A stretch of 64,000 nucleotides of DNA, taken from Blastocatellia bacterium. GTDB taxonomy: Bacteria; Acidobacteriota; Blastocatellia; UBA7656. Positions 10,116 through 18,860 of this stretch are shown here, in pieces. Under the pieces are notes generated by a model. It saw only the letters and a list, made by a program, of their open reading frames with translations, was not told the DNA's origin and searched no databases. The stretch covers positions 640,001-704,000 of the forward strand of contig CAVXWP010000007.1 in the NCBI GenBank assembly GCA_963765495.1, given 5' to 3'. Position 1 is the stretch's first letter. Every line of letters starts with the position of its first letter. The translations under genes and the position numbers were made by a program.

Positions 10116-10775
10116 ATGAATCGGCATAGATTAAAGAGAGTAATTACAGGAATGGCCTTTGCCCTCGCGCTTTTGTTTGGCGTGGGAGGCATTTTGCCTA
10201 CCACTGCTCAGGCGCAAAATCGCAACCGCGCCCGTTCGGAGCACAATAGCCGTTCGGATAGAGACCGCGATAATCATCGAGATAGGGACGATAACTGGCG
10301 CAGGAATCAAAATAGGGACAATGATTGGCGCAGGGATCGCGAAAGGGCTCAAAGAGATGCCCGCGCCCGCGAGGTTGCTAGACTTCGAGAGATCGAAAGA
10401 CGTAGAGAGCTTGAAAGGCGTAGAGAGCTTGAACGATACAGATACAGCAACAACCGCTACCCCTACAGCTACGGACGCTCCTATCCAAACAATTATCCGT
10501 ACTACGGTAACTCGGGCAACTCAGGCTACTACAACGGATATGCTTCAAACATAGCGCAGCAGAACGGCTACCGTGAGGGGCTTGATAGAGGTCGGGACGA
10601 TGCTCGCCACAACAGAGCATACAATCCGGCCAATTCCAGTCGCTATAGAGATGGGGACAGAGGATACCACTCTGAGTACGGCTACAAGGAAGCCTACAAG
10701 GCTGCATTTCGCGACGGATTTCGGCGGGGATATGATGAGGGTTATCGCCAGTATGCCGGCTATCGAAGGTGGTAA
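10116..10775 (+). CDS. Secreted low-complexity Arg/Asp- and Tyr/Gly/Asn-rich protein
   Basis: Signal peptide ending AQA, RD/RE repeats, then GYREG/GFRRGYDEGY repeats. Confidence 0.75.
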   Translation: MNRHRLKRVITGMAFALALLFGVGGILPTTAQAQNRNRARSEHNSRSDRDRDNHRDRDDNWRRNQNRDNDWRRDRERAQRDARAREVARLREIERRRELERRRELERYRYSNNRYPYSYGRSYPNNYPYYGNSGNSGYYNGYASNIAQQNGYREGLDRGRDDARHNRAYNPANSSRYRDGDRGYHSEYGYKEAYKAAFRDGFRRGYDEGYRQYAGYRRW

Positions 10776-10791
10776 GCTGCGGGGATAATTC

Positions 10792-10842
10792 AAGCGGCCT
10801 GCGCGCTCGGCATCTTGAATGTTGAGCGTGCAGGCCGCTTTG
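10792..10842. terminator. Bidirectional terminator-like hairpin between convergent genes
   Basis: AAGCGGCCTGCGCGCTC...GAGCGTGCAGGCCGCTTT. Confidence 0.7.
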
Positions 10843-10868
10843 TTGAATCGAGTAATTTTATGGTTGAT

Positions 10869-11321
10869 CTATGCTCGCGCTGTTGCCGCAAGTCTCTTCT
10901 TTTGTGCTTCCATTTCCGCGCCTAGTTCTTCAATCTGTTCCTTTGACAAAACATCGCGGGCGCTCTTGAACATCTCGCCTTCTTCTTCCTCGACGTGATG
11001 CTCGACGTTTTCCTTTAGCACTGTGAGTTTTGCCGTCCATTGCTCACTCTCCACAGGCGTCGAATCCATCTCTTGCAAGAGTTGTTTGAAAATTTTGTGT
11101 TCTTCAAAGCCTTCAAGAGTGATCGCACGAGTTTCGGCTGCCTTCTTCAGCACCGGGTAAAATATCTGTTCTTCAATCTGCGCGTGAATCTCTAATTCGG
11201 TTTTCAATTTCTCAAAAAGCTCTTCTCTTGTCTTCGTTGCGCGCTCTGTAGTCGGCTCAAGTTTCTCGAAAATTTGAGACACCTTTTTATGGTCATCTTT
11301 CAGCAACTCAAATGCATTCAT
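10869..11321 (-). CDS. Hemerythrin/HHE cation-binding domain protein
   Basis: LLKDDH, HAQIEEQIFYP, EEH, HHVEEEE. Start taken at MNAFELL. Confidence 0.88.
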   Translation of the reverse strand: MNAFELLKDDHKKVSQIFEKLEPTTERATKTREELFEKLKTELEIHAQIEEQIFYPVLKKAAETRAITLEGFEEHKIFKQLLQEMDSTPVESEQWTAKLTVLKENVEHHVEEEEGEMFKSARDVLSKEQIEELGAEMEAQKKRLAATARA

Positions 11322-11466
11322 ATCCGGTTCCCCCTGATCGTCGAATGTTGTAAGAACCCTGATGAATACAAAATCACGGCCCTTCAAACCCGCGTTTCCA
11401 ATAAAAAGTCTATGAGGGCCGGGACAACGGCATCAAAGCCCGCCGCCCCGGCCTAGTTTATTAACT

Positions 11467-11652
11467 CTAGCGGTTGCTTCCTTGTTGGCCGCCGCCCTTC
11501 TGGCCGCCCTGTCCGCCTTTCTCAAAATTGGGGTCTTGCTGACCACCTGTTCCGCCCTGACGTCCTTGCTGGCCGGTTTGACCGCCGCTCTGTTTTTGTT
11601 GATCTTTCTGACTATCCTGTTCGCCCTTGCCAGTTTGCTTGTTCGATGACAT
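11467..11652 (-). CDS. Small Gly/Gln-rich hydrophilin (KGG/GsiB-like stress protein)
   Basis: 61 aa with QGGQKGG repeats and a strong AAGGAG RBS. Confidence 0.7.
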   Translation of the reverse strand: MSSNKQTGKGEQDSQKDQQKQSGGQTGQQGRQGGTGGQQDPNFEKGGQGGQKGGGQQGSNR

Positions 11653-11734
11653 GTACTTACTCCTTAGTTTCAGTTCTTGAATATCAATTAAGGATAGATC
11701 AAAATCTATCCACGATTTGAGTCAGCCTATTTAG

Positions 11735-11750
11735 AGCAACAGGCGTTCCT
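11735..11750 (-). promoter_or_regulatory. Putative sigma-54 promoter for the hydrophilin/hemerythrin genes
   Basis: Minus strand AGGAACGCCTGTTGCT fits GG-N10-GC. Confidence 0.45.
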
Positions 11751-12198
11751 CCGATTTGTCTGACTCTCCTATCGAAGAAAAGCGTCGATTCATTGAGATT
11801 ATCAGTAAACTTTTATGCCGCCCGAGCGATTCCGGTACATGTTCTAAATCATACGCGACACGCAGGAATGAGACATCGCCGTACAAATATTGAGCATAAA
11901 GCAGGCGACCGGAACAGAAATGAAATATGAAATCAAATATCGAACAATGATTAAAACTTCACCGCCGATACACCCTCTATTATGAGAGGCCGTCTGCCCT
12001 CAGACAACCCGTCGCGCGCTGACGGGCGCAAACTCGTTTCTCGCCTTTATTCAACTCTGCATCCTGGTCTTGATATATGTTTATCCTGTGCTTATGATTC
12101 AGAGCGGCTCGCTGTTTTGGCAAGCGCAACAACTTAATACCTTCGACTGAAAATGGACCGCAGGACGGCTTTCGTCTGCCGCGATTGAGGAGGACAAG

Positions 12199-13527
12199 GT
12201 GAAGAATAAAAAAGCTATGAGCGTAGTGATCGCAACGGTCTTAATCCTGATTGGGACCACTTTGTTGCTGGACAAAGTTGCTGCATACTCAAATGCCGAG
12301 GGCACGGCCGGGGCGATCACCTTTAGCAAGGATGTTGCGCCGATCCTGCGAGCGAGATGTGAAGAATGTCATCACTCGGGCGGCGTAGCTCCTATGTCGC
12401 TTGTCACCTACAGCGAGGCGCGCCCCTGGGCGCGAGCCATAAAGGAAAAAGTTGTTCGGCGAGAGATGCCGCCTTTTCACGCGTTAGGGCCATTAGGGCG
12501 TTATCAGAATGATCCGCGTCTGACCGATGCCGAGGTTGCTACGATAAGTAGCTGGGTCGATAGCGGCGCAAAGGAAGGCAATTCCGCAGACCTGCCGCCG
12601 CGCAAGCAGTGGGATTTTGGCTGGGCTTTCGGAACGCCTGATCTGGTAGTTACACAACCCAAGGCATTCACGCTCGCCAAGAACGATAAAGACCTTTATG
12701 TCTTCTTTGTATTCGATTACGTCTTCCCCGAAGACACGTGGATCAACTCGATTCAGGTGCGTCCGGGTAACGCCAGGGCAGTCCATCACGCCAATGTGCA
12801 TCTTGTGCCGCCCGGCTTCAAAGTGCCCGAGGAAGGCTATATCGCGGGCGACTTCGATCCTTCGGCCAGAGGCACATATATGATCTCCGGCTGGGTGCCC
12901 GGCGCAAACACCGTGAAGCTGACAGATGGTGTGGCCGTGCGGATACCGAAAGGGATGCGACTCGGCTTGCAGGTTCATTATGCGCCTTCGGGGCAGGCGA
13001 TCAGTGACCAGTCTTCCATCGGCGTCTATTATGCCGACGGCATCGTTCAAAAAAACCTGCGACTATTGTTTGGTGACCGCAAGGACCTGCTGGTCCAGCC
13101 TGGCGAGGCAAATGCCTCCTTCACGGATCGCAAGACGTTTCAAACCGATGCCATAATAAAATTCTTCCACGTCCACATGCACCTGCGAGGCAAATCCTAT
13201 GTGATGAAACTCTATTACCCCGATGGTCGGGTGGAAACCGGGCTGGAAGTTCAAAACTATAATTTTAACTGGCAGCGCACCTATGTGCTCACCGAGCCTA
13301 TTCGCGTGCCAAAAGGCACGATAGCCGAATTCACGGGGACATACGACAACAGCGACAAAAACAGGTTCAACCCCGACCCGACTCAACCCGTGCGATGGGG
13401 CGAGTTCACAAAAGACGAGATGATGCAGGGCCGCATCTTTTATGAAGCAGCCGACGAGAAACTAAACCTCCGAGTCGTAAAGGGAAGGGCCGTTCCAGCA
13501 GAAGAACCTGTGAGCAAATCGCAATAG
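12199..13527 (+). CDS. Exported heme-c (CXXCH) protein with copper type II ascorbate-dependent monooxygenase-like (PHM/DBH) domains
   Basis: Signal peptide, CEECH, HHAN, QVHY, HVHMHLRGK, DEMM. Confidence 0.8.
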   Translation: MKNKKAMSVVIATVLILIGTTLLLDKVAAYSNAEGTAGAITFSKDVAPILRARCEECHHSGGVAPMSLVTYSEARPWARAIKEKVVRREMPPFHALGPLGRYQNDPRLTDAEVATISSWVDSGAKEGNSADLPPRKQWDFGWAFGTPDLVVTQPKAFTLAKNDKDLYVFFVFDYVFPEDTWINSIQVRPGNARAVHHANVHLVPPGFKVPEEGYIAGDFDPSARGTYMISGWVPGANTVKLTDGVAVRIPKGMRLGLQVHYAPSGQAISDQSSIGVYYADGIVQKNLRLLFGDRKDLLVQPGEANASFTDRKTFQTDAIIKFFHVHMHLRGKSYVMKLYYPDGRVETGLEVQNYNFNWQRTYVLTEPIRVPKGTIAEFTGTYDNSDKNRFNPDPTQPVRWGEFTKDEMMQGRIFYEAADEKLNLRVVKGRAVPAEEPVSKSQ

Positions 13528-13576
13528 CCGAAAGAGATTGCTGGAGATGAAAGTCTGTCTGAAGTGTTAAATTTTT

Positions 13577-13637
13577 TTTGACAGGATTTACAGAATTATT
13601 TAGAGACGGTTAGAAACCCCCTGTTAATTCTGTCAAA
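13577..13637. repeat. 9-mer (ACAGGATTW) tandem inverted-repeat element, copy 1
   Basis: TTTGACAGGATTTACAGAATT...CCTGTTAATTCTGTCAAA. Confidence 0.8.
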
Positions 13638-13678
13638 TTCTCTCTCTTCACCGATCACGCGTCTCCTTAACAGCGGCG

Positions 13679-14683
13679 CTACGAAGCTGAAAAACTCTTC
13701 TCGGCGCTCTCGTCCGGGATGCTTTTTTGCGAGTAAAACTCGATCACTCGCCTGGCCATCTCAATCACCTTATCGCGCAACTCCCGGGGCTCCAGTACCT
13801 CTACCTGCGGGCCAAAGCTCAGTGCATATTCCCAGGCCACCTCTTCTGAATCGAAGTGAATCAAGACTTCGGCCCATCCTGTTTCATCGGGCGAGCCGAC
13901 CTGCTGAATCTTTGCAAACCTGCCAGCGAATGATATTCGCGGAAGAACCATGGGGCTTACGCGCACACTCACACTGTAGCGCGGCAGTTGTTTTTTAAAC
14001 TCGATGGTGTTTTGTTCCCAGTACGCCGCCAGATCGAATCCCTTCGGCCGGACGCAAAGCTCATCCGTCATCTCAAAACCTTCCACACGCGAGACCCGAT
14101 AGCTGCGTATCTCGTCACCTGTCGCGGCCACCAGATACCACACGCTTCCCTTTGCGACCAGCCCGAGCGGGTCAAGCAACCGCTCGACTGGCCCGCACCC
14201 GCTACGCCGATAGGTGATCTTTATCCTGCGCTCCTGCCATACGGCTCCTTGAATCGCAGTGAGAAACGGTATTGTCTCGCCTGAGTGATTCCAGCCCGTA
14301 GGGTCTATGTAAATCCGCTGGTGCACATACTCGGCGTCAGCGCGATACATCGAAGGCAAAGAAGCAAGCAGTTTTATGAAGGCCCCTTCCGAAGCCTTAT
14401 CCAGTCCGAGATCGGCAAGCAGGCGAGAGGGCCGGGTCAGGAAAAGCGCCTGGATTTCGGATTTGTTCAGCCCCGTCAGGTTTGTGCGGTACTCTTCGAG
14501 CAGCGCCCATCCGCCGCCTGAGCCCCGTTCTGCAAAGACGGGGATGCCTGCCCCGCTCAGGGCTTCCATGTCGCGGTGAATAGTCCGTTCGGAAACCTCA
14601 AGCCTGCGCGCAAGCTCGCGCGCCGTGATGCGGCGATGCACCTGCAAGATCAACATGATCGAAAGCAGCCGGTCGGCCCTCAT
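13679..14683 (-). CDS. HTH-WYL-WCX transcriptional regulator (YafY family)
   Basis: MRADRLLSI..TARELARRLEVSERTIHRD, WYLVA, YRVSRV. Confidence 0.92.
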   Translation of the reverse strand: MRADRLLSIMLILQVHRRITARELARRLEVSERTIHRDMEALSGAGIPVFAERGSGGGWALLEEYRTNLTGLNKSEIQALFLTRPSRLLADLGLDKASEGAFIKLLASLPSMYRADAEYVHQRIYIDPTGWNHSGETIPFLTAIQGAVWQERRIKITYRRSGCGPVERLLDPLGLVAKGSVWYLVAATGDEIRSYRVSRVEGFEMTDELCVRPKGFDLAAYWEQNTIEFKKQLPRYSVSVRVSPMVLPRISFAGRFAKIQQVGSPDETGWAEVLIHFDSEEVAWEYALSFGPQVEVLEPRELRDKVIEMARRVIEFYSQKSIPDESAEKSFSAS

Positions 14684-14833
14684 CTCTTGCCCCTCGCTTT
14701 CTTTTGTCTTACAAAATCAGAATCCTGAATCTATCACAGAAATATGTCACAGGATGTCAGGTTTAGTCATTAACATGAAGATTCTGTAAAGAATGGTCGG
14801 TCGTCGAACTGAAAATAAACAAGGAGGAAAGTT

Positions 14834-15376
14834 ATGCCCGGATCGAAACGGACATCAAAGCAAAACGCCGCGCGAAAGATCGCGGAGCCGAAAGCAACAC
14901 GCCCGCATATGCCTGCCGGCTACGGGGTAGTTGGACCCGATAAAGGGGATGGATTGCTTTCCTGGACCGATGCTACGGAGAGCCTCGCGAAGGCGCACAA
15001 CTATTGGGTTGTGACCACGTGGCCTGACGCCCGTCCCCATGCCACGCCCGTCTGGGGGGTGTGGGTAGACGGAGCTTTTTATTTCGGCACGGATAGAGGG
15101 GCGCGAAAGGCGCGCAATCTATCGAACAACCCTGAAATGGTCGTTCATCTTGAGAGCGGCGACGATGTAGTGATTATTGAGGGGCGAGCCGAAGAGATTT
15201 CAGACCGCTCATTGTTTGCGCGGATGAATGATGCCTACTTTGCCAAATACCATATGCGGCAGACGGACGCTCCGGGCGACGCGGTAATCTATCGCCTAAG
15301 GCCGCGCGTCGCCTTTGCCTGGCACGAACAGAGCTTTAACCGTGACGCGACGCGTTGGACATTTGATGCGGAATGA
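14834..15376 (+). CDS. Pyridoxamine 5'-phosphate oxidase-like (split-barrel flavin-binding) protein
   Basis: PDARPHATPVWGVW, RKARNLSNNP; divergent from the WYL regulator. Confidence 0.85.
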   Translation: MPGSKRTSKQNAARKIAEPKATRPHMPAGYGVVGPDKGDGLLSWTDATESLAKAHNYWVVTTWPDARPHATPVWGVWVDGAFYFGTDRGARKARNLSNNPEMVVHLESGDDVVIIEGRAEEISDRSLFARMNDAYFAKYHMRQTDAPGDAVIYRLRPRVAFAWHEQSFNRDATRWTFDAE

Positions 15377-15384
15377 AAGCTTGA

Positions 15385-18345
15385 TCAATGCGCTTCAGCG
15401 CCTGACGCATTATTGGATTTGAACACAGTCCAGGGTTTGTCGAGATAACCTTCAGGCGGATGCTCGCCTAAAAATTCCAGCCCCACAACCCATCGCCCGT
15501 CTTTAGACAACGTAGCGCGTCTTACCAGCGCGTACACGCCATAGCTCGGGTCGGTGAGGCCGTGCTTGCGAAGCTTTTCCGGCAGAGGCAGCAGGAGGTA
15601 GAGGACAGCCCCTCGTTTTAATTTTTTCGTCAGGGTGATGGTTACTCCGGTCCGGCTGACATCGAGTGTTTTGGTCATCTCGCCCCACTTATCTCCGTTT
15701 TCGACATATCCCGTCACGCGAGTGGGGATCGAGAGTCTGACTCTCTTACATCTGCGGCGATTCTTATTGATTGTGTCGCTGTAGAATTCCGAATATACCT
15801 CCCCGGCTACCGGGATGTGCTTGATTGTCGGTCCTTCCTGATCGGGTGTCGCTTTGGCATTCTGCCTCGGGCTTTCAGGAATTGCCGGCACCTCGATTCT
15901 ATTTGCCGGTTCTGTTGCTTCGGTGTCGGGTTGAGATAACCCCTGTTGATAAGTCTGTTCGATCAACTGCTTCATCGCTTTTCCGTCAATGGGCCTTGAG
16001 AGCAGATATCCCTGCACATATTCGCAATTGAGGCCCGTAAGCTGAATGACCTGTTCGCGAGTCTCCACCCCTTCGGCGATAACATCCATGCCCAGGTTTA
16101 TCGCAAGCGAGATTATCGTGCGGATGATCTCGGAATTCTTTGGCAGGCTCATCCTTGTGACAAAAGAACGGTCGATCTTTAGCGTGTCTATCGGGAAACG
16201 GTGCAGATAACTCAACGAAGAGTACCCCGTGCCAAAATCATCGAGCAGAATTCTGATGCCAAGCGCCTTTAGTTGATTGAGCGCCATGGTCGCGGATTCG
16301 ATGTTTTCGATGATTGCGCTCTCGGTTATTTCAACCTTCAAACTGGCCGCGTCAAGCCCTGTCTCAGCCAGAGCCTGTTTTATCTGATCAATCAGATCGG
16401 GCTGGGAAAACTGCTTGCCCGAAAGATTTACACTCATCGTCAGAGGGGGGTCGGAAGGGAATTGCTCCTGCCAGATGCGTAGCTGTTGACAGGCCTCTTT
16501 GAGCACCCACTGGCCGATGGGAATAATCAACCCGGTCTCTTCGGCTACGGGAACAAACTCTGATGGCGAGATGGAGCCGATTGATGGATGTTCCCAGCGC
16601 AAGAGGGCCTCAAAGCCGGTAATGCGCCAGTTCTCCAATGAGACTATCGGCTGATAGTGGACGCGGAACTCGTCGCGGGCGAGCGCGCGACGCAAATCGG
16701 TTTCCAGTTGTAACATCTCGACTGCGCGAGTGTGCATATCTCTGTCAAAGACTTCAAAGCGCCCCCGGCCCTGATCCTTTGCCCTGTACATGGCGCTGTC
16801 GGCATTGCGCAGAAAATCCTCCGGCTCTTCATAGGGAACCTGGCTATGGGTTATTCCGATGCTCACAGAGGCGAAAATTTCGTGTCCGCCCAGATTGAAC
16901 GGTTCCTCAAATTGTTTCTGTATACGTTCGGCTGCCTCTGCCGTGTCACCGACCTTTTTGATATGGTCGAGAATTATGGCAAACTCATCGCCTCCGAACC
17001 GGGCCGCCATATCCCCGGGGCGAAGCGAAGCTTCAAGCCTGCGAGCGATGGCGATCAGTAGCTGATCGCCTATGTGATGTCCGAGGCTGTCATTTATGAT
17101 TTTGAATCGGTCGAGATCGAGAAACAGCAGAGCAAACAGGTAGTCTTCGTGGTGTTTCGCCCGCTCAAGCGATCTCCTGAGCCTGTCCATGAATACGGTG
17201 CGGTTGGGGAGCCCCGTCAGGGCGTCGTGCGAGGCGTTGTGAAGTAACCGGCTCTCCGCCTCTTTCTGATCCGTTATATCGGTGAGCGATCCCGCCATTC
17301 GGTAGATAGATTTATCCGCATCCCAGGCGGCCAGACCTCGCGTGAGTACCCATCGGTATGAGTTGTCTTTATGCCTCAAGCGATGTTCGCTCTGGAAATG
17401 AGATGTCGAGCCTACCAGATGAGCGGTAATGCTGGATTGAACCTCTTCAATGTCTTCCGGGTGCACGCGGCTCAACCATTCATCGGGGGAGGTCCCGATG
17501 TCGGCCTCTTCATAGCCTAGTATGGCTTTCCATCGCAGGCAGAAATGCATTTCATTATTTTCCAGGTTCCAATCCCATAACCCGTCATTGGCGCTGCGGA
17601 TGACCAGCGCATAGCGTTCTTCGCTGGCCGCAAGATAGGTGAATGCCTGCTGGCGTTCGGTTATCGCTTTCTCAAGCTCCAGGCTCTTGCAACTGAGTTC
17701 TAGCTGAGTCACGATGGCGCGGGCCAGTGTTTGCAGGGTCAGAGCCTGGGAATCGGTCAATTCCCGTGGTTCCTTGTCAAGAACACAAAGCACGCCGAGC
17801 GCGTGACCGGTTGATGTCAGCAAGGGCGCTCCGGCGTAGAATCGCACTCCAGGCTCGCCCCTCACCAGAGGGTTGTCCCAGAATCGTATGTCTTTGAGCG
17901 CGTCCGATACTACGAAAATATCCGGCGTCAGAATGGCCCAGGAACAAAAAGAGTTTTCTCTGCTACCTTCAATCCAGTTGGAACCTGTGTTGGCTCTGTA
18001 ACGGATGCGGTCGGCTTCGACTATGCTGAGCAGAGCTGACGGAGTTGAACACAGGTCTGCTGAAATTCGGGTGAAATTATCAAAAAGCTCTTCGTGCTCT
18101 ATGCCCTTGCTAATGTATCGGCGCAACGCTTCGAGCCTCGCGGCCTCATTTTCAGGCATAGGCGCTGCCATCATCATAGATTCATGAAGGTCTTCCTGAT
18201 CGAACGCACCAAAAATCATTGCCGAGTTTTCGCGCCTCTGCAAAGCGCCGTCCCTTTGCCGATCGCTTAGTTGCTTATCTGCGGTGATGGAGCCAGCCAC
18301 CCCGCCGGATATATCTGGAAGCTTGTTTATCTGGGCCGTGCTCAT
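15385..18345 (-). CDS. GAF-PAS-GGDEF-EAL-PilZ c-di-GMP signalling protein
   Basis: GAF (RFYAGAPL), PAS (WDWN..VHPED), RPGD I-site with GGDEF, EAL with DDFGTGYSS, C-terminal RRRCKR/DVSRTG. Confidence 0.92.
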   Translation of the reverse strand: MSTAQINKLPDISGGVAGSITADKQLSDRQRDGALQRRENSAMIFGAFDQEDLHESMMMAAPMPENEAARLEALRRYISKGIEHEELFDNFTRISADLCSTPSALLSIVEADRIRYRANTGSNWIEGSRENSFCSWAILTPDIFVVSDALKDIRFWDNPLVRGEPGVRFYAGAPLLTSTGHALGVLCVLDKEPRELTDSQALTLQTLARAIVTQLELSCKSLELEKAITERQQAFTYLAASEERYALVIRSANDGLWDWNLENNEMHFCLRWKAILGYEEADIGTSPDEWLSRVHPEDIEEVQSSITAHLVGSTSHFQSEHRLRHKDNSYRWVLTRGLAAWDADKSIYRMAGSLTDITDQKEAESRLLHNASHDALTGLPNRTVFMDRLRRSLERAKHHEDYLFALLFLDLDRFKIINDSLGHHIGDQLLIAIARRLEASLRPGDMAARFGGDEFAIILDHIKKVGDTAEAAERIQKQFEEPFNLGGHEIFASVSIGITHSQVPYEEPEDFLRNADSAMYRAKDQGRGRFEVFDRDMHTRAVEMLQLETDLRRALARDEFRVHYQPIVSLENWRITGFEALLRWEHPSIGSISPSEFVPVAEETGLIIPIGQWVLKEACQQLRIWQEQFPSDPPLTMSVNLSGKQFSQPDLIDQIKQALAETGLDAASLKVEITESAIIENIESATMALNQLKALGIRILLDDFGTGYSSLSYLHRFPIDTLKIDRSFVTRMSLPKNSEIIRTIISLAINLGMDVIAEGVETREQVIQLTGLNCEYVQGYLLSRPIDGKAMKQLIEQTYQQGLSQPDTEATEPANRIEVPAIPESPRQNAKATPDQEGPTIKHIPVAGEVYSEFYSDTINKNRRRCKRVRLSIPTRVTGYVENGDKWGEMTKTLDVSRTGVTITLTKKLKRGAVLYLLLPLPEKLRKHGLTDPSYGVYALVRRATLSKDGRWVVGLEFLGEHPPEGYLDKPWTVFKSNNASGAEAH

Positions 18346-18405
18346 GAGCGATTACAGATTACACGTCTCCTGTCTTAATCAAATCATTCTTTCGCCAGCG
18401 ATTAG

Positions 18406-18421
18406 TGCAATGACGATGCCA
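18406..18421 (-). promoter_or_regulatory. Putative sigma-54 promoter of the GGDEF/EAL gene
   Basis: Minus strand TGGCATCGTCATTGCA, close to consensus, 60 bp upstream of the ATG. Confidence 0.65.
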
Positions 18422-18684
18422 GGACAGTATCCGGGAGGCTAATTGAAGGGAATAACTTACTTGTGTACTTAAATGAATCAGATGGATGCCCGGAGGAAGG
18501 CCAAAATGATTGATCGTGTCAAAAAAGGTCGATCAAATTGACTGTGTTTCTCTCATTCAGAGGGCACTTCGTATGCGAAGCCTCGGCATTTCACAATCAG
18601 GTTCTTGTTGGGAAACAGCGGTTTGTTTGAGCGCGTACCGGCTATTGTGAGCAGGTGTTTCCCGCGATGTGTGAATGGTATCCG

Positions 18685-18772
18685 TTTTTTTTGACAGGAT
18701 TGACGCGATTCAGGAGGATTAAAAGAGAATCTTGTTATATCCTTATTCAATCCTGTTAATCCTGTCAAAAAA
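18685..18772. repeat. 9-mer tandem inverted-repeat element, copy 2
   Basis: TTTTTTGACAGGATTGAC...AATCCTGTTAATCCTGTCAAAAAA. Confidence 0.85.
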
Positions 18773-18860
18773 TCCGGCTTTGCCGGTGGTCGGACAGTCT
18801 TTCGGGAAGCAGATGATGGAATTTTTCCGACGCATTAATCCGACGCATTAATAGGAGATA

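Noticed and set aside
14741-14762. TGTCAC..TGTCAG as the WYL-regulator operator
   Set aside because: Plausible location between divergent genes, but a single weak instance is not enough to call.
18553-18768. 71-aa ORF MTGLTGLNK..., and similar ORFs at 55416-55659 and 63082-63504
   Set aside because: These are translations of repeat hairpins or intergenic DNA with no convincing RBS or protein features.
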